DNA of 26,140 bases from Candidatus Micrarchaeota archaeon. Lineage in GTDB: Archaea > Micrarchaeota > Micrarchaeia > Anstonellales > Anstonellaceae. Below are positions 1-7,843 of this stretch, one piece after another. Location of the stretch: positions 1-26,140 of the forward strand of contig JAHFEC010000001.1 of the NCBI GenBank assembly GCA_023248665.1, read 5' to 3'. Below the pieces are notes generated by a model, which made no database searches, was not told where the DNA came from, and worked only from the letters and a program-made list of their open reading frames with translations. The first letter of the stretch is position 1; each line of letters opens with the position of its first letter. A program made the translations under genes and the position numbers.

Positions 1-447
1 ATCCGGAAATGTGGGAACCCGGCGCTCAATTACCACGGGTTTGAGAACTTGCTCGCGCAGGGAGAATTCCAGCCACACCGTCTGGGCCGAACGGTCGGAG
101 CCATCAAAAAGCGGCCCGTGCGCCTTGAGCCTGAAAGTGGCGGAGCGCTCATCCACCTGCTCTTTGACCACGTCGAAATGGAGAAGGGGCTCGGCGCTGG
201 CAATCGCTTTCTGCACCAGACCCGGCAGGCTTTGGGCGTCTATCGAGGCCGTGAAATCCAAATCTTCGCTGAAACGATCCAGCCCGTAGAGCTTCTGCAA
301 AGCGGTGCCGCCCTTGAAAACGAACTGGGTCGAGGAGACCGAATAGAGCGAAGAGAGCAGCACGTCCTGCAGATAGCTTTTCTCGGTCTGGTAGAGATTG
401 AACCTGAGGCGCGAGGCATACCGGCCCAAATCCGTCCGATTAATCAT
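1..447 (-). CDS. abiEii: AbiEii-family nucleotidyltransferase toxin (type IV TA), runs off the window edge
   Basis: Not in the ORF track because it has no stop inside the window. Manual translation from ATG 447 gives MINRTDLGRY...QFVFKGGTALQKLYGLDRFSEDLDF, the AbiEii KGGT/RFSEDLD signature. ATGA overlap with the upstream antitoxin stop; frame open to base 1. Confidence 0.92.
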   Translation of the reverse strand, partial: MINRTDLGRYASRLRFNLYQTEKSYLQDVLLSSLYSVSSTQFVFKGGTALQKLYGLDRFSEDLDFTASIDAQSLPGLVQKAIASAEPLLHFDVVKEQVDERSATFRLKAHGPLFDGSDRSAQTVWLEFSLREQVLKPVVIERRVPTFPD

Positions 448-1142
448 TCCAACACCTCGTTTATGATTAGATTCCACCTCTTATCCACCGGCCCGCGGGC
501 GGGAGCGGATGGGTTGATGGGGTCGTTTTTGCGGTTGTGGGGCAGCTTGAAATTGTAGAAGATGCCCGCTTTCCCAAGCAGGAAACCCAGTCGCTTATTC
601 ACGATGCCCGAATCCAATCGTTCGGCGTATTCGGCCAATTTCCCCAGGTCCAAATCCGCCTGGCGCAGCGCTTGCAGAGTCTCGGACAGGGGGGCCTGCT
701 CTGGAAGATAAAGACTGTCCAAAATCGCTTTCTCGGGGTCGGCCACACGGACGCCATCAACGAGTGAGAAGCCGAAAAATGCCTCTTTCTTTAGGCAAAT
801 GAACTGGATTTTGGTGCCCGCGTAGTCCAATGGCTTGCGCGGCCTCACGACCGCCACCTGCTCGACAATCGGTATCTGGGTGGTGAGATGATGGAAGGAG
901 AGGGCGGAAAGAAAGGAGAGATAGGAGGGATGGGCGATGCTCGACGCGACCGCGTGCAAATCCGTATCGGACAGGGCGTATTTCCCGCGTTCGATATGGC
1001 GGATGCGGCCGGTTTTTTTGAGGCGGGCCAGATAGAGCTTGCAGTAGGGGGTTGGCTTTTGGATGACGCGCGCCGCATCGGCCAGTATGAAGACACCTGC
1101 ATCCATTCGGCGCAGGGTTTGCTCGAACTGTTCGGCGTTCAT
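444..1142 (-). CDS. abiEi: AbiEi-family antitoxin / transcriptional regulator (COG5340-like)
   Basis: N-terminal wHTH-like RLKKTGRIRHIERGKY, SYLSFLSALSFH and VADPEKAILDSL motifs; coupled to abiEii. ATG 1142 preferred over TTG 1148. Confidence 0.88.
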   Translation of the reverse strand: MNAEQFEQTLRRMDAGVFILADAARVIQKPTPYCKLYLARLKKTGRIRHIERGKYALSDTDLHAVASSIAHPSYLSFLSALSFHHLTTQIPIVEQVAVVRPRKPLDYAGTKIQFICLKKEAFFGFSLVDGVRVADPEKAILDSLYLPEQAPLSETLQALRQADLDLGKLAEYAERLDSGIVNKRLGFLLGKAGIFYNFKLPHNRKNDPINPSAPARGPVDKRWNLIINEVLE

Positions 1143-1164
1143 ATCCAATATTTAAACATTCATA

Positions 1165-1210
1165 TATTTAAAGATATCTTATTTGATAACTTTTAGCATA
1201 TAAAAGTTAT
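1165..1210 (-). promoter_or_regulatory. abiE promoter: TATA box TTTAAATA (1172-1165) plus 10-bp perfect inverted repeat (1186-1210)
   Basis: ATAACTTTTA-gcata-TAAAAGTTAT; TATA about 23-30 nt upstream of ATG 1142. Confidence 0.65.
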
Positions 1211-1951
1211 TTATATAACGCTCGCGCCCGCCACCCGCTGTATTTCATCCAGCAAAACCAGCTCTTTCTCGGTCAGCAACCCGGGCGAGCCCTTCAATCT
1301 TTCGGCCTGCGGTTTCGAAATATAGACATAGAGCTGCTCGCCGGCCTTGAAGGTCTTGCCGCAATAGGGCTCGTCCATGGAAATGGCGGCCTGCTCTTTC
1401 TCCGAAAGAAGCTGCAAAGACCCCTTCTTGTCCTGGATGGCTTTCACCACCCCGATCATTTCCCCGGAAGAATTCATCAGCCGCGCGCCGGGCCGAAGCC
1501 TTCCCGCAACCACTTCCACGCCAAAAATGGCGGGCTTGCACAAACGGAAGAAACAGTTGGGCAGAGCAATGATTTTGGCCGGCAGGGCCAGCTCGGAGAG
1601 CACCGCGCTCTGGTCGCGCTCTTTCTCCTCTTTCAGCCAGCTCAGATAATCTTCCAGCACGCGGTAGATGACCTCGGACTGGAAAATCTTGACCGAGCCG
1701 CGCCGGGCCTCCTCCAGCGCCTCGGGAAGCAGGGGCACGCTGAACGCCAGCACCACGCCCAGATACTTGTTCTGCATCGCGGCGGCGCGGGCGGAGATGA
1801 CGTCCTTCTTGCCCACCGGCCCCACGTCGATGGAGCGGGCCGGGATTTGGGCATTTGAGAGCAGGCGCATAAAAGCTTCGGCTGAACCCAACGTATCGGC
1901 CTTCACCACCACCCCCACGAGCGTGTCGCTCTGCACCAGGATGGACTTGAT
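1211..1951 (-). pseudogene. infB: C-terminal half (domains III-IV) of translation initiation factor aIF5B/IF-2; GTPase domain and domain II absent
   Basis: GVVVKADTLGSAEA, DVGPVGKKDV, VIYRVLEDY, PAKIIALPNCFFRLCKPAIFGVEVVAGRL are aIF5B domain III/IV motifs. Similarity extends upstream of GTG 1936 to about IKSILVQSD; in-frame TAA at 2020-2018. Confidence 0.8.
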
Positions 1952-2012
1952 TCGGAACCGCAGAGGGGCGCCCCCGCCCCCCGTCTCATTTCGTCTCGGC
2001 CCGCCATCTGCC

Positions 2013-2050
2013 GAAAGTTATATAAATTTCTACACATACATATACACATA
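2013..2050 (+). promoter_or_regulatory. vapBC promoter: BRE/TATA (GAAA..TTATATAAA) and TACACATA direct repeats
   Basis: TTATATAAA at 2018-2026; TACACATA at 2031-2038 and 2043-2050. Confidence 0.65.
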
Positions 2051-2274
2051 TGAGCAGCATCAACATTTCCCTGAACGCGGACGCCTACGCGCGCCTCGTC
2101 CGCCTCAAGCGCAAGAGCGAAAGTTTTTCCCAAGCCGTCGTCCGGTTGGCCGGCGAGAAAGACATCCGGCGTTGCTACGGCCTTCTCAAGGACGAGGATG
2201 ACGGCGCGTGGGATGCGGTTGCGGCGGAAGTGGCGCGCGTCCGGCGCCTTCCGTTGCGGGGGCGTTTGCGATGA
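2050..2274 (+). CDS. vapB: VapB-family antitoxin (COG1753-like RHH)
   Basis: SINISLNADAYARLVRLKRKSESFSQAVVRL fits the archaeal VapB pattern; ATGA overlap with the PIN gene. Confidence 0.87.
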   Translation: MSSINISLNADAYARLVRLKRKSESFSQAVVRLAGEKDIRRCYGLLKDEDDGAWDAVAAEVARVRRLPLRGRLR

Positions 2275-2675
2275 ATGCCTTGCTGGACAGTTCCGTGCTC
2301 ATCGACCTGTTGCGCGGCCATATCGGAGCCGAGGCCGAGATTGAGAAACTCCGCCTGAACGGAGCCGTTTTTTATACCTCCACCCTCAACCTCTACGAAG
2401 TGCTTTGCGGCCTGACGCTCGTCTCAAAGCGCCATCCGAACCGGATGAATGCCTTCGAGACCATGGTTTCCAGCATTCATGTGCTGGACTTCAATCCGTC
2501 TTGCGCCAAGAAATCGGCCCAGATATTCGCGCAGTTGAGGGCGGCCGGAAAACCGGCCGATGGGCTCGATTATCTTGTCGCCGGAACCGCGCTATCTTCC
2601 GGTATCGACGTGATCGTGAGCGCGAACAAGAAGCATTTCGAGCATATCGACGGCCTGAAAGTCATCGGCTATTGA
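2271..2675 (+). CDS. vapC: VapC PIN-domain ribonuclease toxin
   Basis: LLDSSVLIDLL, NLYEVLCG, DGLDYLVAGTA and VSANKKHF PIN motifs; start ATG 2271. Confidence 0.92.
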   Translation: MNALLDSSVLIDLLRGHIGAEAEIEKLRLNGAVFYTSTLNLYEVLCGLTLVSKRHPNRMNAFETMVSSIHVLDFNPSCAKKSAQIFAQLRAAGKPADGLDYLVAGTALSSGIDVIVSANKKHFEHIDGLKVIGY

Positions 2676-2678
2676 GCC

Positions 2679-3149
2679 TCATTCCGTTTCGGCCCGCCAC
2701 CCTTTGATGAATTTCAAGAACTGGTCGACCGGCAGCACATACGCCCGTTTCTCCTTCCACACGACGCGATACCCCAGCCGGAGCAGCACCATCTCGTCCC
2801 GCTTGTCGCAGTGCGACAGCACCACCTGCCCGTCTTCCATCTTTCCGACCGAGTCAAACAGGCCGGCCAAAAATGCGGCCGCGTAATCATTGGCATGGCA
2901 GAACGCCTCGTCCTCGCGTTTGAGCGTATTCTCGAAGAAAAGTCGGTAGGCCGTGTGGTAGAAATACGCGCGGTCCCCACTCAGCTGGATCTTGTCCGCA
3001 TCCGCCAGGCCGGCCTTGACCACGCGCGACACGAACACCTCGACGAACTCCGGCGTCCCCCGAACCCCGATGCCCTCCTTGGTGCGCACCCATTTCCACG
3101 CCCCGATGAGGTAGGATAGGGCCGGGTCGAGTTTTATCTTCATGTCCAT
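2679..3149 (-). CDS. Stand-alone degenerate LAGLIDADG-like protein
   Basis: AAAFLAGLFDSVG resembles the second LAGLIDADG helix and ALSYLIGAW the first; catalytic acidic residues absent. Confidence 0.65.
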   Translation of the reverse strand: MDMKIKLDPALSYLIGAWKWVRTKEGIGVRGTPEFVEVFVSRVVKAGLADADKIQLSGDRAYFYHTAYRLFFENTLKREDEAFCHANDYAAAFLAGLFDSVGKMEDGQVVLSHCDKRDEMVLLRLGYRVVWKEKRAYVLPVDQFLKFIKGWRAETE

Positions 3150-3196
3150 TATTTGCGGGCCGGGGCTTTTTTAACCTCCGGTGCGTGCTTCTGCGC

Positions 3197-4087
3197 ATGG
3201 CCGAGGAATCCCGCAAAGAGTCCAAGCCGATCCTGCCGCCTGCGCCGGCGAAGAACGTGGTGCTCGAGGCCCTCATGGCCAAGGACGGCGACGAGCCGAA
3301 AAAGGAGGAGGCGCGCAAGGCCTTGGCCCTGTCTGCCGACATGAAAAACGAGAGCCCGAAAAAATCGGCAGCCCTGCCGTCCGCGCTCCATCTGCCGGCC
3401 GCCTCGGAGGCCGCCGCGCACAAGAAATCTCTGGCCTCCCCCGTCCAGAAGCCGGCCGTTCCCCTGCAAAAATCCAATCCGCCTGCCGTCCATCTGAAGC
3501 CGCCGGCCATGCCGTTGCTCAAGCACCCGTTCCCCCCTTCCACCCGGGGTGGGCAATCCTCCATTCCCGAGATGCTCCTGTGGCTGGACAGCTATGACGA
3601 CATCTTCTCCGACTTCGACCCGCGCAATTACGAGTACCGCGAGCTTTCCGAGGACTTCCTCAAGGAGCTGAGCCGGCGCTACAAGGAGACGCCCAAGGGG
3701 GGCTTCGAGGTGCACCTTCTCATTCCCGCGCACCTGCGGCAGGCGCACCTCGAGGCGCGCATCAAGAAGAGGCTCAGGCATTATTTCGCCCGCGAGCTGG
3801 CCGGCGTGGAGCGGCAATTGCGAAAGAAGCGCGAGACCGGCGTCAAGTTCATCGCCGCCGGGCTCCTCGTGCTCTCGGCCCAGACCTGGCTGCTCTTCTC
3901 CTACCCCGACCGCTTCCTGCCCGAACTCATCGGCGTGCTGCTCGTGCCGGCCGGCTGGTTCGCCACTTGGACCGGCATCGAGCGGATGGTCGTGGAGCCG
4001 GAGAACCTCGTCTCCCTGCGCGAGTTCTACAAAAAATTCTTCAGGTGCGAATACGTGTTTTTGGCGGACGAGAGCCCCAAGAGATGA
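3197..4087 (+). CDS. Conserved hypothetical membrane protein with long Pro/Ala/Lys-rich N-terminal extension
   Basis: C-terminal domain LDSYDDIFSDFDPR...LSEDFL followed by two hydrophobic helices; T-rich TATA-like element at about 3167-3174. Confidence 0.8.
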   Translation: MAEESRKESKPILPPAPAKNVVLEALMAKDGDEPKKEEARKALALSADMKNESPKKSAALPSALHLPAASEAAAHKKSLASPVQKPAVPLQKSNPPAVHLKPPAMPLLKHPFPPSTRGGQSSIPEMLLWLDSYDDIFSDFDPRNYEYRELSEDFLKELSRRYKETPKGGFEVHLLIPAHLRQAHLEARIKKRLRHYFARELAGVERQLRKKRETGVKFIAAGLLVLSAQTWLLFSYPDRFLPELIGVLLVPAGWFATWTGIERMVVEPENLVSLREFYKKFFRCEYVFLADESPKR

Positions 4088-4130
4088 TGATAGAGCGCTC
4101 GCGCAGGAATCCGGCCGCTCCTGCCTCTTC

Positions 4131-5120
4131 CTATCCGTCTTGTTTCGTCCCCATCGCACTCATCAGCTGCGTCTCGTCTTGGCTGCGCGTGATCTTTTCG
4201 CGCACGCGCGCCGAATCCCGAAAGCCGCACGCCAGTTGCAGGGCCAGTCCCTTGGCCGCATTGAACGGGATGTCATATTCGCGCGACAATCGGCCGTACT
4301 CCCCCAAGAACCCGACTTTTTCTTCCCACCCCGTCTCCTTCCATTTTCCATCCGCCAGATATTCTCTTGCATGCCGGAAGAAGAGCGGATCGGCCAGCAC
4401 GGCCCGGCCCGCCATCACGCCCGCGCAGCCGGACACCTCGCAGATCCTTTTCACGTCCGGCGGCGCGCACACGTCGCCGTTCCCGAACACGGGCACCGAG
4501 ACGGCCCGCACCACCTCGCCGATGGCTTCCCAATCCGCTTTCCCGCCGAACTTCTGCCTCGCGGTGCGCCCGTGCACCGCCAGCGCCTGCACGCCTGCCG
4601 CTTCCAGCGCGCGGGCCATCTCGACGTTCTTGCCGTCTTTGTCGCCCAGCCTCATCTTCACCGTCACGGGCAGCGGGGAATATTTCGCCGCCGCCTCGAC
4701 GATTTTCGTGGCGTTCTTAGGCCTCTCCAAAAGCCGCGAGCCCGCGCCGGTCTTCACCACCTTCTTGGCGGGGCAGCCGAAATTCAAGTCGATGAGCCGG
4801 GCCCCGCATTCCCCGCTCTCCACATTTTCCCCGATGATCCTCACCGCCGCCGAGATGTCCGCGGGGTTCGCGCCGAACAGCTGGATGGCGCTGATGCCGC
4901 CCTCCCCGACGCGGATGATCTGGGCGGTCTTGGTGATCCGCCCGCCCTTCGAGAATCCGATCCCCTGCCGGGCGATGGCCGTGGCGGAGATCAATTCCGT
5001 ATAGACAATGTCCGCGCCGTTCCTGGCGATCAGCTCGCGGTAGGCCACGTCGGTGTAGCCGGCCATCGGGGCCAGCGCCAGCGCGGGTTCGCTCCGGATG
5101 GTGACGTTCCCGATTCTCAT
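4131..5120 (-). CDS. dus: tRNA-dihydrouridine synthase (Dus/DusB-like)
   Basis: LAPMAGYTD, IQLFG, DLNFGCP (catalytic Cys), VTVKMRLG, VHGRT, FGNGDV, GVMAGRA. Confidence 0.95.
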   Translation of the reverse strand: MRIGNVTIRSEPALALAPMAGYTDVAYRELIARNGADIVYTELISATAIARQGIGFSKGGRITKTAQIIRVGEGGISAIQLFGANPADISAAVRIIGENVESGECGARLIDLNFGCPAKKVVKTGAGSRLLERPKNATKIVEAAAKYSPLPVTVKMRLGDKDGKNVEMARALEAAGVQALAVHGRTARQKFGGKADWEAIGEVVRAVSVPVFGNGDVCAPPDVKRICEVSGCAGVMAGRAVLADPLFFRHAREYLADGKWKETGWEEKVGFLGEYGRLSREYDIPFNAAKGLALQLACGFRDSARVREKITRSQDETQLMSAMGTKQDG

Positions 5121-5228
5121 GCGATGACCCGTATGTGCGCAAGACCCGTAGCGCTTATTAATTTCACGATGCGCGTATTGTTTTCAATATCCATTCGGAT
5201 TCATGATATTAATTAATGGGGGGTTTGG

Positions 5229-5891
5229 ATGAATAAGGCATTCTCGGTCGCCATCCTGTTTACGTTGTCGCTCTTCCTCTTGTTCGGCTGCGCGAGCCCG
5301 CTGGCGGGTGCCGCTGCGGGCGCGAATCAATCCGGCTCAAATGCAGCCAGCCAGTCCGCGCCGAACGCCAACCCATCCGCGCCCGGCGCCGGCGCGAGCC
5401 CGTCCGCCCCCAACGCATCCATTTCCAATCCAACCGGAGGTATTTCCATGGCCAAAAATCCAGTCGTCGTATTCGAGACCAACAAGGGCGTGTTCAAAGC
5501 CGAGATATTCGTCAACGAGGCGCCGATCACGGGCAACAATTTCATGAAGCTCGTGCGCGCCGGCTTCTATGAAAACCTGACCTTCCACCGCGTGGAGCCT
5601 GATTTCGTGGTGCAGGGCGGCGACCCCAAGGGCGACGGCACCGGCGGCTCGGGCCAGAACATCCCGCTTGAAATAAAGCCCAACCTCAAGCACGTGTACG
5701 GAAGCCTCGGCATGGCCCGCGCGAACGACCCCAACTCGGCATCCTCGCAATTCTACGTCGTCACCGGCCCGGCCTCGTTCCTCGACGGCCAGTATGCCGT
5801 GTTCGGGAAAGTCCTCGGCACCGGCATGGACGTGGTGACCCGCATACGCGTCGGCGACCGGATGACCAAGGTGTACGAGGAGAAATCGTAA
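5229..5891 (+). CDS. Cyclophilin-type peptidyl-prolyl isomerase, lipoprotein
   Basis: LFLLFGC lipobox, Ala/Ser/Pro/Asn linker, then FHRVEPDFVVQGGDP, GSLGMAR, SASSQFY, YAVFGKV. Confidence 0.95.
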   Translation: MNKAFSVAILFTLSLFLLFGCASPLAGAAAGANQSGSNAASQSAPNANPSAPGAGASPSAPNASISNPTGGISMAKNPVVVFETNKGVFKAEIFVNEAPITGNNFMKLVRAGFYENLTFHRVEPDFVVQGGDPKGDGTGGSGQNIPLEIKPNLKHVYGSLGMARANDPNSASSQFYVVTGPASFLDGQYAVFGKVLGTGMDVVTRIRVGDRMTKVYEEKS

Positions 5892-5934
5892 GGCGCATCG
5901 GGTTAAAAACTTCTTTTCCCCTATTTTTCCTGCC

Positions 5935-6007
5935 GGGGGAATGAGCTAACCTGGTATGCTGCCAGGTTTGGGACCTGGTTGTCCGAGTTCAAATCTCGGT
6001 TCCCCCA
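5935..6007 (+). tRNA. tRNA-Pro(UGG)
   Basis: Acceptor GGGGGAA/TTCCCCC, anticodon stem CCAGG/CCTGG with loop TT-TGG-GA, T arm CCGAG-TTCAAAT-CTCGG; no encoded CCA; TTAAAAA about 26 nt upstream. Confidence 0.96.
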
Positions 6008-6012
6008 AGGAC

Positions 6013-6102
6013 TTTTTCTTTTCTTGTCTGCGGGCAAGAAAAGAAAACCTCCACTAAAAGAAAAGAAACATTTTGTCTGCGGGCAAGAAAAGAAAAACCT
6101 CC
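6013..6102 (+). repeat. 15-bp hairpin and partial 29/30-bp direct duplication downstream of tRNA-Pro
   Basis: TTTTCTTTTCTTGTC-tgcg-GGCAAGAAAAGAAAA (6014-6047); TTGTCTGCGGGCAAGAAAAGAAAA(A)CCTCC at 6024-6052 and 6073-6102. Confidence 0.85.
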
Positions 6103-6333
6103 CGAAAGTGCAAAGCACTTCTGGGCGCCATCGGCCCACGGGCCGATGCGTGTCACTAAAAGAAAAGAATCGTCAGGAAAGAAAAACCTGCGGCAACGCC
6201 AAAGCGTTGCGGTGCAGCCGGCCACCGAAAACGTGGTTGTCGGTAAGTCGGCCGAAGCCGACTGTAAAGCCGACTCGCACCTCGAAAAGAAAGTAAAAAA
6301 GAAAGCGATTAAGAATCGGTTTTCGGCTTTTCC

Positions 6334-7758
6334 TCACTTCGTCAGCATGATCTGCCCGTTCTTGCCCAGCAGCAGCACCAGCTCGCTTGAGTGCGTGAAA
6401 TAGTCCACGTACATGTCGCGCAGGGAAACCAGGTCGCCCTTGTCTATGCCGTTGCCGCGTTGGGGCATCACATACAGCGGCAGCGTGCGCTTGCCGTCCG
6501 ACACCGCGATGCGCGCCATCTGCACCATCTTCTTCTTTCCGGCGGGCACCATCACCAGCGTGTGCTCCACCACCTCCAGCGGGAAGGTGGTCAGCTTCTT
6601 CATGCCGGGCTTGAGGCCCGTCAGGCTCTCGATGCCGTTCTCTTTCGCGCGGTCGATGGCCATCTTGAACGCCATCTCGATCTCGTTCTTGATGTCTTTT
6701 AGCAGGCGCTCCTTCTCCTTCTTGAGCTCGGCCGCCTTGATACCGGGCGTGATGGCGAGCGCGTACGCCCACTGGTAGTAGTCGAGGCGGCTCTTGGGCA
6801 GCCTCCCCTCCTCCTCCCTGAACTCCCCTTCCGATCCCGCGAGCATGGGGATGGACGATACGGGCGAGTTCATCCTCTGTTCGAGGTTCGCCGGCAGCGG
6901 GAAATTGATGGCCTCATCGAGCCTCTCCTGCGTCGGCCGGACGGATTCCGTCTGGGCGGCCGGCGCCTCTTCATAGGGGTGCCGGATCTGGTGGAGCGCA
7001 TGGGGGCTGGCGCGTCCCGGCAGCAGGCCGATCCTCGCCTCGGCCTTGTCAAGCGAAGTCGTTCTGGGCATCTGCTCGATGGCCGACAGCGGATCGCCGG
7101 CGCCCGGAGCCTCCTGTCCATTCTCTTCGGATTCCTCGCTTTCGGCGTCTTCCTCTTCCCTCGAGATCTCCTCGTGTGCCGATTCAATCCGGTTCTTTGG
7201 CGAGCCCGCCAGAACCGGGCCGGCATGGGGCAACGGAACAGCGGCCTCGCCTTCCGGGGCGCGCGTCCCGCCCCTCTCCTTGCCGGTTGACATCCACGAG
7301 AAGAGCTTCTCGATGGAGGGCATGAGCCTGTCCTTGCTGGCCTTGTGCTTGGAGAATATCTTCTCGATCGATGGCATCATCTTGCTCTTGGTGGCCTCGA
7401 TGTCCTGCTCGCTGGCTTTGCCTTCGGCCTTCTCCTCGAATATCTTCTCCAGATCGACGATGGCTTCTTTCTCCTCCTTGAAATTTCCAAGCCCCGCGAG
7501 CGCCAGTTCCTTGATTTTGAGGTCCTTGTCGGCCGACAGCTCCAGGCGCGCAAAGATGGCCCTCGGGCCGTCGAATATGGAGAGTTCGATGGTGGCCTTC
7601 TTGCGCACGTGCGGGTCCGCGGCGTAGGTGAGCGAGACGAGCCGGTCGATGCGCGCGTTCTCGTCCTCGGCCAGCGCGGGCGCTGAGGCAGCCAAAGTAG
7701 CCTGCCCTTCCGGAGGCATCGGATGCTCCGTGCCTTTCGCGTGCTTGAGCGGGTTCAT
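6334..7758 (-). CDS. HEAT-repeat + acidic disordered linker + C-terminal RPA/SSB-like OB-fold protein
   Basis: N-terminal RLVSLTYAADPHVRKKATIEL...LELSADKDLKIKELALAGLG; C-terminal LTGLKPGMKKL...IAVSDGKR...IDKGDLVSLRDMYVDYF...ELVLLLGKNG. TATATAAG about 30 nt upstream. Confidence 0.75.
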   Translation of the reverse strand: MNPLKHAKGTEHPMPPEGQATLAASAPALAEDENARIDRLVSLTYAADPHVRKKATIELSIFDGPRAIFARLELSADKDLKIKELALAGLGNFKEEKEAIVDLEKIFEEKAEGKASEQDIEATKSKMMPSIEKIFSKHKASKDRLMPSIEKLFSWMSTGKERGGTRAPEGEAAVPLPHAGPVLAGSPKNRIESAHEEISREEEDAESEESEENGQEAPGAGDPLSAIEQMPRTTSLDKAEARIGLLPGRASPHALHQIRHPYEEAPAAQTESVRPTQERLDEAINFPLPANLEQRMNSPVSSIPMLAGSEGEFREEEGRLPKSRLDYYQWAYALAITPGIKAAELKKEKERLLKDIKNEIEMAFKMAIDRAKENGIESLTGLKPGMKKLTTFPLEVVEHTLVMVPAGKKKMVQMARIAVSDGKRTLPLYVMPQRGNGIDKGDLVSLRDMYVDYFTHSSELVLLLGKNGQIMLTK

Positions 7759-7843
7759 GGTAATCCGATGGCCATAACCACCTTAACTTATATATAGGCT
7801 CGGTGGCCGGGTTTCCGCCCGTCCCGTGTCCCATTGCTTTAAG

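Noticed and set aside
1903-2133. Short minus-strand ORF as a frameshifted N-terminus of aIF5B
   Set aside because: No resemblance to the aIF5B G domain and far too short to supply it.
3967-5216. Long plus-strand ORFs (3967-5004, 4140-5216)
   Set aside because: Shadows of dus on the opposite strand.
5979-6403. Lys-rich ORFs downstream of tRNA-Pro
   Set aside because: They overlap the tRNA or the HEAT-OB gene end, and their composition comes from A-tracts.
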